A DNA stretch of 64,000 nt, from the NCBI GenBank assembly GCA_013265495.1, contig MU057648.1, positions 62,001 to 126,000 on the forward strand, read 5' to 3'. Of the stretch, positions 37,861-50,689 are shown piece after piece (the stretch's first letter is position 1; each line of letters opens with the position of its first letter). The notes under the pieces were generated by a model. That model did not search any database, was not told the DNA's origin, and saw nothing but the letters and a program-made list of their open reading frames with translations. The translations under genes and the position numbers were made by a program. The DNA comes from Vicugna vicugna (Eukaryota).

Positions 37861-39479
37861 TGAGCCTCCTGGAGACAAAACAAAGCAATTTAAGGAATGA
37901 GATTTAATTATTTGAGACACAAAACCACGGTTAGCAGGGCCACTTGTTGGGACTAGGGAAGGAAACTGAAAAAAAATCTCTGCAAGGAGGGAGAACAAAG
38001 GATTCCTCATCTAGCTCCACAGAGAACTCTATGTCCAAGAGTTAGCTCTGGCAGTGCTGTGTGACCTTGGCCAGGTGACTTAACCTCTCTGAGTTTGAAA
38101 TAGTTTCTCCGTTGCAAGATGAAGGGGTTGGACAAGGTCATTCCAAGTCAACTCATGAAGATGCTATGAACTTAAAACATCTCTAACCATTCCTAAATAA
38201 AATTTATACTGCAATCATTTTATGGCAAATTGCTAAGGTTCATTCTTTCAAGATAATTTGGTTTTGTGTCTGACTTATCACAAGCCAATAAATAAATACA
38301 GAGATGTATGTCTGTTCACAGAAGTACTTCGTAAACTTAAAATTAGATTGTCCAGTGCAAGAAAGCTGGGTGTGGTCCATCAGGGTGAAGTTCCTGCGAA
38401 GGAGGGAGGCCAGCAGGAGGCCCCACTTCTGCAGATCCTCAGGTTTGGATTTCCAGGGGGCTTTGGAAATTTGTATGCAAAGGGGCTGCTCCGGCTCTGC
38501 AACCCTCTGCCTGTGGCAGTTGGCAATGATTCTGTTTCCTGCCGCCTCCAGGAAGACAGACTGGAGGAGACAGCTGCAGAGGAGATGCTCCCTTACCCAG
38601 CCTCTGGTGGGAAGCGGCTTCCTTGCAAAAGTCACCTCTGATCCCCGAGGTCTTGGAGGTACCACGGTGACCAGTGGGGAGGAGGTGCATTTTCTACAGC
38701 TATTAGAAATAGAGTGATTGATTGGGGGCGGAGCTGGAACTTTTTAGGTAATGCAGTTAGGGAAAGTGAGAAAGAAAGATGAATAAATCATTTTATTCAG
38801 GATTTCTATTTGGGGTCTATAGCTGAGAAAGCAAAGATTAGCTTGGAATAAGCAAGTAAAAATTTGCCTGTCCATGCATCAGGACAGGCACAAAGAAAGC
38901 CAGCTTCACAAAGGAAATAAACAGGAAACATTATTTCTCCTGAGGTCATGTTACAGCCGTAAAGTGTCCCAACAGCCGTGTTGTTTGAGTGACTGATGCT
39001 TTTTTACTGAGATTTCTCTCCCCCTCTAAAATCACAGACTATCAGGAATTTACTGTTTGAAATCATATTAGTAACAAAGAAACATTCCCGGAGGAGCCAA
39101 GCCACTTTGACACAGGGAAGCAGCCCTGGTAAGGAATTTCTGGACTCAACATTCTATGCCTGTCTCAACTTTGTAGTTTCCAAGGAAACAGGATACTTTC
39201 CTGTCCAGACCTGATGCTGACCCTTCACACAGCTTTGCATTGTGATGAGCCTATCCAAATGCTGCTTGGTTTACATTTCACCTAACCCTACCCTTCACCC
39301 AAATCCTGTAAAAAAACCTTGCCCTTTGTGTGGTCAGACTCCCACAGTTCCTTTCCCTCATTGCAGTGGGTCAACTAAGCTGACTTTGTCAGACCAAACG
39401 TTTGTCCCTGGTGGTCTTAGGATGACTGGGCTAAGACACGGCCTAAAAAAGAATCCAACAGGAAAAAAATTAAACTGTA

Positions 39480-39637
39480 GGCATGAACAAGGATATATTG
39501 TACAGCACAGGGAATACAGCCAAAATTGTATAAGAACTATAAATGGAACTTATCTCTCAAATTTGTAAATCACTATGTTGTACACCTGAAACTTACATAA
39601 TGTTATACATTAACCATACGTCAATTTAAAAAAAAAG
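39480..39637 (+). mobile_element. L1 3' end fragment
   Basis: tacagcacagggaatacagcc...aatcactatgttgtacacctgaaact...poly(A); aaactgta repeated on both flanks. Confidence 0.75.
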
Positions 39638-39929
39638 GTGAAGTGAAAAAAACTGTATGCGTGAAGGAGGCATGAGAAGAATGAATATAACAAATCTATG
39701 ATTGTATGGTTATAAATGGAATACCCATTTTCTTAAATTAAAAATGTAAATATATTAAAATCTTATTTTAGAGCCCATTTAACATAGAAATAAATTCATA
39801 ATTAATCTTAAACTTTAAAAATTACATAAGTAACACATGTGGACTGCACAAAAAATTAGCAAATGTGTGGAAGGAGGAGGAAGAGGAGGAGGGAAAGAAA
39901 AGAAAAATCACTGATGGTCCTGCAACCCA

Positions 39930-40260
39930 GAGGGTTGTTTTCAAAGTGCGGCCTGTGGATCCTTGGGGGTCTCCAACACATTTCTAGGGAGTCTGTGAGT
40001 TCAGAATTACTTTAAAGAATACTACAACATTCTCTGCCTTGTTCACTGTTTGGGCATTTGCACTGATGGTGTAAACCAGTGGCATCTAAAATTGCTGGTG
40101 CCTTAGCAGGAATCAGGGCACTGACACCAAACTACACTAGTAGTCACTGTATTCTTTGCCCCCATGACCTCCGGGGGTAGCGGGGGGAGTTGGTTTTACT
40201 TAAGAATGTCCTTAATAAGGCAAAAAAAATTAATGTATTAAATCTCAACCAAAACACCCA
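39930..40260. mobile_element. Charlie1-like hAT transposon remnant
   Basis: ttttcaaagtgcggcctgtggatccttgggggtc...gcatttgcactgatggtg...aattgctggtgccttagca resembles Charlie1 ends. Confidence 0.55.
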
Positions 40261-40621
40261 AAATAGGGTCATCCTATAGACCTGGACTCCAGGCTTACCC
40301 CTATGGCCTTTGGCAAGAGTCCTACCCTTTCTAAGCCTGCTCCTTGTAAAATGGGAGTGGGGCACTGTGCTCACAGGTGTCTCACGAGGATCAAACAAGA
40401 ATCCTCGTAAAATGCTTAGCACGGTGCCTGGCACATGGTCCAGGCACACTCGATTTCAGCTCTTATTAATATTCATCTGTCAACATCCAGGAAAGAAAAT
40501 GTTACAGGGAAGAGTCAGTGTCCACTCAGCAAGTTTCCAAATTCTAAGGGTCTGGGTTCCAGCTAAGTAAGAGAAAACAGTCTTGCACATGAGACTGTGG
40601 GACCATCTTAGGCCACATAAC

Positions 40622-41116
40622 TGAAGGGGGTCAGATTGAACCTCCCCAAAACACGCCACCTTGGCATGTAGATTCTTTAGCACTAAAGGCAATTGAGACC
40701 CTGTAGGCTCGAGAGAAATGTCTGTCTCTCCCTTAACTGCCTAGAAGAATTTAAATTGTAGGTATTTCCCAGAATGAGAGTTATTACCAGATACAAATTT
40801 TATCTGAGTGATCCATCTGGATAGCAGGGCGAACATCTCATTACCAAGCATCTGCTCTACTTCTTGTCCTGTGAATTGTCCTGTTCTGTGAATGGTCCTC
40901 CTACCTGTTGAAGCCCTGAGGCCCAGTCCCATTCCTTAGCTCAGGGTGGCACATATATCTCATTCTACCCTCTGTCTTTGACTCTCTCATGTACGTAAGG
41001 TTCCTGTACTTACAAAATTAAATCTGATTTTCTGTTACTGTGTCTCATGTGAATTTGATCATCAGACCAGTGGAAAGAAACTTTAAAGGGGAGAGGGAAA
41101 TTCTTTCTCCTCAACA
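40622..41116 (+). mobile_element. ERV1 LTR (MER34-like)
   Basis: TGAAGG...ccccaaaacacgccaccttggcatg...aaaggcaattgaga start, ATTAAA near 41017, ends ...ctcaaCA. Confidence 0.7.
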
Positions 41117-41299
41117 TGATGCTCGGAAGCGTCCGATGATGCTGTGGCAGGATTTGAGTAGTCCTGTCTGATAGCCTTCCCCTTGTCCTCCAAGGGTAGC
41201 TGTCTTAACAGGACCCCAGGTGGGGACACACTGGAATCCTGCTAGCAGGTCCCAGGAGAGCTGTTCAGACAGATCCTTGGAACTGTCTGGAATTTGCAG

Positions 41300-43360
41300 A
41301 TAAGAGAATGAGAAGCAAGCTACAAAGTGGGAGAAAATATTTGCAAATGATATATCTAATAAAAGACTATTATTATCCAAAGAATTCTTAAAACTCAACA
41401 ATAAGAAAACAAACAACCCAATTTAAAAACAGACCCAAGACCTGAACAGACATCTCACCAAAGATGATCTACAGATGGCAAAAAAGCCTATGAAAAGATG
41501 ATCCATTTCATATGTCACCATATAGTTGCAAATTACAACTGATATCACTATATAAGTATTAGAATAGCTCAAACCCAAAACACTGACAGCATCAAATGCT
41601 GGCGAGGATGTGGAGCAACAGGAACTGTCACTCATTGCTAGTGGGAATGTAATTGTCAATTTCATGGTACAGACACTTTGGAAGATACTGGTCAATTTCT
41701 AACCAAGCAAAACATAGCTTCACTGTCAGATTCCACAATCGTGCTCCTAGCCTTTTACCCAACAGACTTGAATACTTCTGTCCACACAAAAATCTGCATG
41801 TGAAAGTTTACGACAACTTTATTCATAATTACCAAATACTGGAGGCAACCAATGTGTTCCTCCATAGGTGAATGGATAAACACACTCTGGTACATATACA
41901 CAATAAAATGTTATATAACTAAAAATAGCAATGAAAAGAAATGAGCTATCAAGCCACAAAAAGACAAAGATGAAACTTAAATGCATACTGCTAAGTGAAG
42001 AAAGAGGTGAGACTGAAAAACCTCCAATTATTCCAATTACGTAACATTGTGGAAAGGGCAAAACTAGAGAGATAGTAAGATCAGTGGTTGCCAGAGGTTG
42101 CAGGGGAAGGAGTAGGGGAGAGCGGGTGGGACAGGTGAAGCAAGCACTGGGGATTTTTCAGCACGGTAAACTGTACAATAGTACAATGGTGGATACCTAA
42201 TACTATGTATTTGTCAAAACCTACAGAACTTTACAACACAGAGTGAACGTAATGCATGCAAATTTAAAAACAAGTCATTTAGGAGATCAGAGGATCCCAG
42301 GATAGAATGCAGATGGTGACAATCTAACTGTATTACAACTGTATGAAACAACCTCACCAATGGGATAGGGGAAAGGGTGCTGACCTAAGAAACTGTGAAA
42401 ATGAGTGGGGTCTGTAAGAATAAAGGTAAAAGGATCTGCACATAAGCACTATATCATGAGGGCATGAGTTAATAATTCTGATGTCAGTAGACATGTGTAC
42501 TGGAATTGAACAATTAAGTAAATGGATGGCAGATTACGGAAGGCAGGTTTCTCACTGTTAAGAGTGGGGGTTTACAGATCAGAATGGGGGAGGCTAGAAT
42601 GATCCAAATGGTGACAGATTAGAGGTGGAGACATCAGTATGAATTCATATCTAGCTTAATATAGTCAAAGATGGTTACACCTAGAAATATTTATAGGTAT
42701 GTATGTATACAGCATAATCATATATATACAAACATACTTTTTGCTCTGTCAGCAGAGAAGGCCTAGAAGCAAAAATAGCAGCAGTAAGATTACCAGGCGC
42801 CCAGCTTTTGGTTTATAATAACCATTCTCCAATAAGAGGACAGGTTTCCCTAGAGAAGAGGCTGATACTAGGACTGGGACAAGAAATATGCAACGTGATA
42901 CTAGTACATGCACACACGCTCAAAGTACCCTCTAGTGGCCAAAACTGGAACAACTAGTGCAACAAAATAAAATGGTGTTAGATTGAAACCCAAAGTAAAA
43001 AATAAATATCCATGCGTCCATACTGATATAAATGATTAAATAAATGAATGATGACATAGACTGAATGTTGTGTCCCCCTCAAATTCCTATGTTGAAACCT
43101 AATCCCTCATGCCATGGATTCTGGCATTGAGGCCTTTTGGGGGTCATTAGCAGCCCTCATGAATGGGATTAATCCCCTTACAAAATGTCACATGGTATTC
43201 TGGAACAGAAAAAAAAAATGATAATAGGTTAAAAACTAAGGAACTCTAAATAAAGTGTGTTAATAATAAAGTATCAGTATCGATTCTTTGAGGTATATGG
43301 AAATTCTCTGTTCTATCTATTGAATTTTTATGTAAAACTAAAACTGTTCCAAAAAAATGA
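41300..43360 (+). mobile_element. Old L1 (L1MC-like) ORF2 end and 3' UTR, with a small MLT insertion
   Basis: gggagaaaatatttgcaaatgatatatct...gacctgaacagacatctcaccaaagatg...aaatgctggcgaggatgtggagcaacaggaact typical of the L1 3' region. Confidence 0.8.
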
Positions 43361-43779
43361 AGTCTACTTTTCTTTTTTAAAGAGGAGTTTCCTTAAAATG
43401 ATAACCTCATCATTTTTCTGGGCTTTGAAGATACTTTTGCTGATATTCTTAAATAAATAATCCCATGCTCTGGGGAGTCTACTGATTTTAAGCAACTTAT
43501 GGAAGGCAGGGGTCTTCTGTGAGACTACATTAAAAGTGATGATATTTTAACCAGCTACTCAAGAACTCACATCTTGATTTTAACTGTTCTTAGTAGAAAC
43601 TAAAATCTCAGTATCATCTTTTTGATAGTTTACCAAATATCATAGATATTGATTTTAATTTTGTCTCAATCAGCCTATCCACACTAATTTTATGCTTCTT
43701 TTTGCAAGTTTAATTTTAAAAATGTGATTTCAAAAAGTATGAGCATTTAAGAGTCACAGAAAATAGAGTACAACGGTCC

Positions 43780-45160
43780 AACATGAATCTAGTGGAAACT
43801 ACAGAAGGAAAAAAAATGGTCAGAAAGAAGAGGCAATATTTGCAAACACAACAGTTGAGGATTTTCCAGAATTGAGGAAAGATATCAGTCATTAGAATGA
43901 GGAATCCCAGTGAATCTCAAGCTGGATCAGATGACATAAAATGACATGTTATCTACGAAGAGACAATAATATTACTGATGGATAACTTTTCAATAATAAC
44001 AATGAAAGCCAGATCAGACTAGAACGAGATCTTCATTGTGTTGAGAGAAATCACCAGCCAATTGGAATTCTATACCCAGTGAAATTATCACTCAAAAACA
44101 AAACTTAAGAGTAAAATAAAGGTATTTTAAGATAACCAAAAACTGAGAGTTTACTTGCAGTAGAGTCTTACTAATATACCTCTAGAAAAGGAAAAATGAT
44201 TCCAGGAGAGAAAGATGTAAAAAAGAATGAGAGCAAAGAAAATGTCAAGCCTGAGGATAAATGTAAACAAATGTTGACTACAGAAAACAACACCCAGGGG
44301 GTGAGAAGGGACAGACTGGGAGTTCAAGATTGGTAGATACTGACAGGTATATATAGAATAGATAAACAAGTTTATACTGTATAGCACAGGGAAATATATT
44401 CAAGATCTTGTAGTAGATCACAGTGAAAAAGGATATGAAAATGAATATAAGTATATTCACGTTTGACTGAAAAATTGTGCCGTACACCAGAAATGGACAC
44501 AACATTGTAAAATGACTAAAACGCAATTAAAAAAATAAGTAAAATGGAAAAACAAGAAAACAACACCCACAATGTGTACTATACAGAATTTAAAAACCAA
44601 GATAAAGTTCAACAGTTGTACACAGGTCTAGAGGGATCAGGTTGGAGTTAAAGTATACTAAGATCCTTCTACTATTTCTGAAGAGGACAAAGATAATGAT
44701 TAACTTTAGGATCTGCTAAGTCTTATGATTTAGTTAAAAATTTTGGATAATTATTAAAAGAACAGGAACAAAGCATGTAACTTCATAGAGGGGGAAATGG
44801 AATTTAGTGTGGGGAGAAATTAATCTAAAAACAAAAAGGAGGGAGAGGAAAAAGAAACCTAGAAAAAGTGAATAGATAGAACAAAAATTAGAAGAAATAA
44901 ACCCAAATATATCAGCTATCACAATCCATGTAAATGGATTAAACTGTCCAGTTCAAGAGCAAAGATTATCAGATTGGTTAAAAAAAATCCAGCTATATTC
45001 TGTTTTCAAGAGAAACTCCTGTAACATAAAAATACAAGATTGAAAGGAAAAGGTCAGAGAAAGAGATACCAGATAAATACCAACCAAAAAAAGTTGGTTT
45101 AGCTATATTAATATCTGATCAAATAGTCTTGGGCAAAAAGCATTAAGAGATAAAGACGGT
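43780..45160 (+). mobile_element. Old L1 ORF1/ORF2-start remnant
   Basis: A-rich; aattctatacccagtgaaattatca (ORF1-like) and atgtaaatggattaaactgtccag...agctatattaatatctga (endonuclease-like). Confidence 0.65.
44297..44554 (+). mobile_element. Younger lineage-specific L1 3' fragment inserted in the older L1
   Basis: 15-bp target-site duplication agaaaacaacaccca at 44282-44296 and 44555-44569; same family as 1395-1654. Confidence 0.85.
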
Positions 45161-45739
45161 ATTATCAGATTGTCTTTTGCAAGGATGGCTGCATCTTTGT
45201 CCACCCCCCCACCCCCAGCCCACGGTGATCTTCTATAATTTTGTCATTCATCCGCAAAGTCTAAACCCCCTCCCTTTGAATCTGGGCAGATTTGTAAACT
45301 GCTTGTAAGTAGCAGAATGTAGGATAAGTGATAAGGTCAGAAAAGAAAATGCATTGTCACCTTGCTCATGGCAAGCCTTGAAAGCTATTGTGTAAGCAGT
45401 CCAACTGCCCTTAGGCTGCTACCCTGGGTGGACGCCTCAACTGGCCTACAAAAGTAACCCACAGGACTACCTGAAGAGAGAGAGCCCCCAGCTTCTCCAG
45501 CCCTCAGACTAGTCCAGCTTTTATGACTGCAACTGCACGGAAGACTCAGACTGAACCATGAGATAACAAAATGATTCTTGTTTTAAGTCACTACATTTGG
45601 GGATGATTTGTTACACAAGAAGAGTGACTAGAACAGACTTACTACATATTATATTAATAAAAGAGTCAATTCACTAAGAAGGTTTTTTAAAAATCATTCT
45701 AGACCTAAAAATATAACTGAAAAATATAAAGTGAATTGT

Positions 45740-46350
45740 GATAAAACTGCAAGGAGAAACAGAGTTCTGGCCTTTGCCCTTGGCTTCTGGGAGATAATCT
45801 CTAAGCCCATGGAATGTCATGCCTGATAGGAGTGCCTTTGTTTGCCTAGGAGTCTGAAACCAGACAGACAGTAACAGTGTGATTTAGGGTGGGGACTTTG
45901 GTTCATGTGATACCAGCTTTGGACTTCCCGAGGGCTGGAAATTGACATCAGCTACACGGGCAGTCAACCCTGTTTATGTGATGGAGCCCCAATAAAGACT
46001 CTGGACACCAAGACTTAGGTGAGTTTCCTGGTTGGCAATACTCCGTGCTTAGAGTCACACATTGATACCAGGAAAGTAACACTGTCCTGAGTCTCTGGAG
46101 AGAGGATGACTAAGCTCTACGTTTGGTACTTTGCTATACTCTGTCCCACCTGTCTCTTCCCTTGGCTGATTTTAATGTGTATCCTTTCCCTGTAATAAAC
46201 AGTTAACTGTGAGTATAACAGCTTTCATCAAGTTCTGAAAGTCCTTCTAGTGACTTATCAAAACTGAGGGTGATCTCAGGGATCCTTGAACTTGCGACTG
46301 TTATCAGAAGTGAGGGTAGCCTTGTGGTCTGTTCCCTAACTCCACAGTTG
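45740..46350 (+). mobile_element. MER21-like LTR
   Basis: tggcctttgcccttggcttctgggagataatctctaagccc...aataaagactctggacacc...tgtaataaac...tgagtataacagc. Confidence 0.65.
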
Positions 46351-46849
46351 TTACACTTTTGCATGACCTGATTTCCATCAAGAATAGAATGGATAAAGTA
46401 TGGTACATTCTGCATGGCAGTTAGCATGAGTAAACATCCACACAGCAATAGGGATGAATTTCACAAGCATAATGTTGAATGAAAAAAGCCAGACAAAAAT
46501 GAAAACAGCCTGCAGGGAACTAAGATCTCCGTGAACGTCTCAGTGCTCCTGCGAAAAGCCCTAGCCTCCTCTAACCTTCTTTAAGGGGAGTAAATTGGCA
46601 CTCATATAGAAAGTTTCCATCGACTCTCATTTCACTGCCTTTGGGTCTAGGTGTGAGGAATTAATGTTACTCTGGCTGTTAATCTGAGTATCAACATAGA
46701 GTTCTTTTCCCTGACCCAGAAGTCTCGTGTTTCTGCAATTTTCATATATAAAAATTACTTATTTGTGTGAGGTGGGTAACAACTCTGGCCCTTCACTGTT
46801 CTTTAGCTAGCAGACAAAACATGCTATGAGATTAAATTGATATTTTAAA

Positions 46850-47300
46850 TGTCGACTGAAAAAATTGCACAATCTAAAAGTTGAAAATTACGTTTTATTT
46901 GGCAGACTTGCTGAGGACGTAAGCCCAGGAGACAGCCTCTCAGATGGCTATGAGGGACTGTCCCAAAGAGGTAAGGGAGAAGCCAGGATATACAGGAGTT
47001 TTTGAAGAAAAAAAACAAACCCAGGTAGTCATAATGTCCAAAAATTACTGTTAATTAAATAAAATACAGACATCGCAAGTTAATGAATTTAGTGCTTTTC
47101 TATGTGTGGGAAGATGCAAGAGTTTGGGCTCACTGAAATCATTCCTTTGATAAACATCTTAACTATCTAGGACCAGGATCCTGATTTTCTCTATTCCAAA
47201 TCCCCTCAGGGTGCAGTCTGGGCAGCTGCAGTAGCTGACAATTTGATGGTTACAACATCCTTTGTTTACTGATACAACAGGCAACAATTTTCATTCACAC
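46850..47300 (-). mobile_element. ERV LTR (ungulate-type)
   Basis: TG...CA bounded, tttatt near the left end (AATAAA on -), interrupts L1 3' UTR-like sequence. Confidence 0.55.
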
Positions 47301-48859
47301 AAAGTTCAAAAATAGGCAAAACTAAGGTATGATGTGGGAAGTCAGATTAATGATTGTTTTTGAGGGACAGGAAGTGGAAGGGTGCACTACCGGGAGGGCT
47401 CCTGGGTGCTGGTCATCTTCTGTTTCCTGAGCTGGGTGCTGGTTATATGAGTGTATTTGGTTTGCAAAAAATAATCAAGCTATAAATCTATGACTGGTTG
47501 CATTAGTCTAGATTCTCTAAGAGCAGATGCCAAATGGGATAAAATGTGCATAGGACTGACTGGGGAAAATTCTGAGTGTAAAGGGAGAGGGAACCAGAGG
47601 AACCAAGCCCTGGTCTTTCATTATCGGTCTGCAGGGCACTCACACAACTTGGCAACAACCAATCCACCTTCTTTATCTTCATAGGCATTGTTCACCACTC
47701 TTCAGTATCCTTCAAATACCGCAATCAGTGCACCTGCCACAGACCTTCCCTCCACTCGGATATTTTCCCAGGTCACCACCAGTGAAATCTTTTGCAACTA
47801 AGCTGCCACCTTGCACCATGGACTCTCTATGCCCACCTACCAACTGGGCTGGCACCTCTGTGCTTGCCAAGCTGTGAGTGAGCCAGTTTCAGATGCCCAT
47901 TTTATCACGCGTTTAATGGTCTAAGGACAATTACTAGTACCATTTGTATTACCTATGTTCCGCAGTAAGCAGATGCCAAGACAGGGTGAATGTGCAAAAG
48001 TTTTTTGGGAAAACGTCTATGAGGGAAATGGAAGGGAGCTGGAAGCTGGGAAAGCAGGAGTCAGCAATGTAGGTCTGACCCCTGTTCCCTCTGCAGGGGG
48101 CCTGAAATGTGCATTTCATGGCTAGCACATTTGTCCACTGTTCTGTACGCCTGTTATATTTCAATAACAAGATCTTCAAAGTCAGTAAGGAGGAAAAATT
48201 TAAATAGACAAGGAACAAGCTTAGACTTTTGGACACAGGTAGAACCTTTCACTCAAGGGCTCCTGAGATATTCCTAGGTACCAGGTGCTTCACATGGTCA
48301 TCTCACTTACTCCTCCCTTGAAATGTGGCTACTGTGATGAAGGGACTTAATTTTTACTTGATTTTATTTTAAATTTACATTGTCACACGTGGCTGGGGGC
48401 CATACTGGATGATGCAGGTTAGAGGCTTCATTCTTCATTATTATTACCCCAGTAACAATCCCAACACCTTAATTTTTCCAGCACTTCATGGTTTACAAAG
48501 CATTTTACTATATTACTCTTCCATGATCCTCATGGCATTTCTTTTCCAAGAGTCTATGGGGAAATGTAATCTCAGCAATGAACAATGTGAAAAGGAAATT
48601 AAGAAAAGTTGCAGTTGTCACCTTTCCCGATTTCAAAACCTACTGCAAAGTGACTGTGAGCAAAACAGTGTGGCATGAGGATATACGTATAGACCAATGG
48701 GACAGAATTGAGAGAATGGAAATAAACCCTCAAATATACAGTCAGGTGATTGTTGACAAGTTACCTGTGTCATCATCTTTTTTTCCCGCTCTCTTCAGAG
48801 ACGATGTTCATACATTTATAAAACTGTTCAATTATCTCGTCACATTATGCATTCCACCC

Positions 48860-49450
48860 TGGGATTCCGCTGACCCCCAAAGTGTTTTTTTTTTGTTTAT
48901 CTGCATACATAATTCAGTCTTTGTGCTGTGACATTCTATGAGTTTTGGCAAATGCATAGGGTCATATATCATCCCAGATAGAATAGTTTCATCACCTAAA
49001 ACACCCCTGTGCTTCATCAATTCAACCCTCCCTCCTCCCTCCCATTGACCTTCTGTCAACCATTGATCTTATAACTGTCCTTAGTTTTCCTTTTCCAGAA
49101 TGTTATAAAACTAAAATCTTACAATACGTAGTATTTGTAGACTGGCTTTTTTTTTCACTTAGCAAATATGCATTTAAGATTTTCCATATCTTTTCATGGA
49201 CGATAACTCATGAAACATACCACTGTGCGTTTACCCATTCATCGATTAAAGGACACCTTGGTTGCTTCTAAATTTTGACAATTATGAATAAAGCTGCTAT
49301 AAATATTCCCAAGGAAGTTTTGTGTGAACATTTAGTATTCACATCAATTGAGCAAATATCTAGAAGTGTCATTGTTGGATTGAATGGTAAGGCCCCATCT
49401 ATCTTTGTAAGAAATTGCCACACTGCCTTCCAAAGTGGCTGTACCACTAT
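48860..49450 (-). mobile_element. Old L1 3' fragment
   Basis: tgacaattatgaataaagctgctataaatatt...gaaattgccacactgccttccaaagtggctgtacca typical of antisense L1. Confidence 0.75.
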
Positions 49451-49689
49451 TATCCATTTTTTAAAAACAATTTAAAAATATCTAGATCGACGACTCTATG
49501 CAGTTGGTGTTGCCCTCATTTTACACGCGAGGAAGAGAGGTACAGCGAGGTGAAGTGGCCTGTAGCTTGGCAGTAAGACCAGGTGTGTCTGCCTGCAGCC
49601 TGGGTTCTTCACCACAATGGTATTGGAGGATCGGTATTTCACAAAGCATTCCGTGAGTGGACGGCTGTAATGGTTAAAAATCTCTTCCC

Positions 49690-50300
49690 TTCAGCCCGGA
49701 ATCCGGCGGCGGCGGGAGCGCTGCGAGCGAGAGGTGCGGAGGGGAGGGCGGGCGACTCTGGCATTGACTGTAGCGGCAGTGATCGCCCCGCTGTGGGAGG
49801 CTATGGGAGCGCGCGCATCCTCTGGGTATCCAGCGCGCGGCGGCTCGGAGTGACCTGCCCCGGTGCTGTAGGGACAGGCCATGGAGCAGTTACTCGCTGA
49901 AGACCCCCGGGACCCACTGGTCTTGGCCCGTGGCTCGCCGTGCCTCTCCCAGGCTCCGAGGGCGCGGAAGAGGAGCCGTACTCCGAAGCGGGAGTAGCAG
50001 CATGGGGACAGGGGGAGGCGCTGGATAGGCGCGCCGGTGGCTCCCTTGGCTAGGGCTCTGCTTCTGGACGGCGGGCTGCGGCTGCCCGAGGTAAGCGGCG
50101 GGCTGAGCGAGCGGGGCGATTGAGCGGGACCTGCAACCATGGCGCTGGCCCCCGAAGTTACACCCTGCACCTCTCCGCGCGCCGAGCCCAACGGGACGGG
50201 ACTCGGGCGGAGGACCTCCGAGGGGACCACTGCCTCCCACCCCAAGTTCGCGATCATCGTCAATCCTACAGGTTGCTGGGACGGGGCCCCTGCCCTTCCT
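49690..50300 (+). promoter_or_regulatory. Orphan CpG island with first-exon-like structure
   Basis: CpG-dense; GC box ggggagggcgggcg; Kozak GCCATGG at 49881; donor GAG|GTAAGC at 50091. About 4 kb upstream of the PES1 promoter and separate from it. Confidence 0.7.
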
Positions 50301-50689
50301 TTACTCTGGTCGCTTGCTCCATTTTCCAAGCCCTCCCCAACTGCTGCAGACTGGAGTCCCCACCTCTTCACTCCAGTCTCGCTCTCCCCAGACCTCTCCA
50401 CTTTCTTCCGAGGCTAGATCGTTCGTGGATGGGCGTCTGTAGGGGTGTCTGAGAGTTCCTGGGGAGAGGGGCCGGCTGATGGGAGTCTCTGCAGGGGAGG
50501 CTTGACTAGAGAGGGTGCCTTTTCCCTTCGGTAAGCAGCATCCAGGCTGAAGTCCTCCAAGCTTGACACCCCTCCAGCGACACCAGCCTGAGGTCCTAGG
50601 CAGCAGTGGGCTTCCTTTGGAGGAGGCCGTGTGTGTACGGGGAGCTCGGGAGAGCTGCGTGCACCATTCGCTTTTAACTGCGCCTGCAG

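Noticed and set aside
38240..38717. Overlapping 127-141 aa ORFs on both strands upstream of TCN2
   Set aside because: No recognisable homology or convincing splice architecture.
42926..42940. CTCF-like TACCCTCTAGTGGCC inside an old L1
   Set aside because: Mismatch at a core position, single site in a repeat, no supporting evidence.
49691..50401. 236-aa minus-strand ORF in the CpG island
   Set aside because: Low-complexity G/S/A/P/R composition expected from stop-poor GC-rich DNA; no domain recognised.
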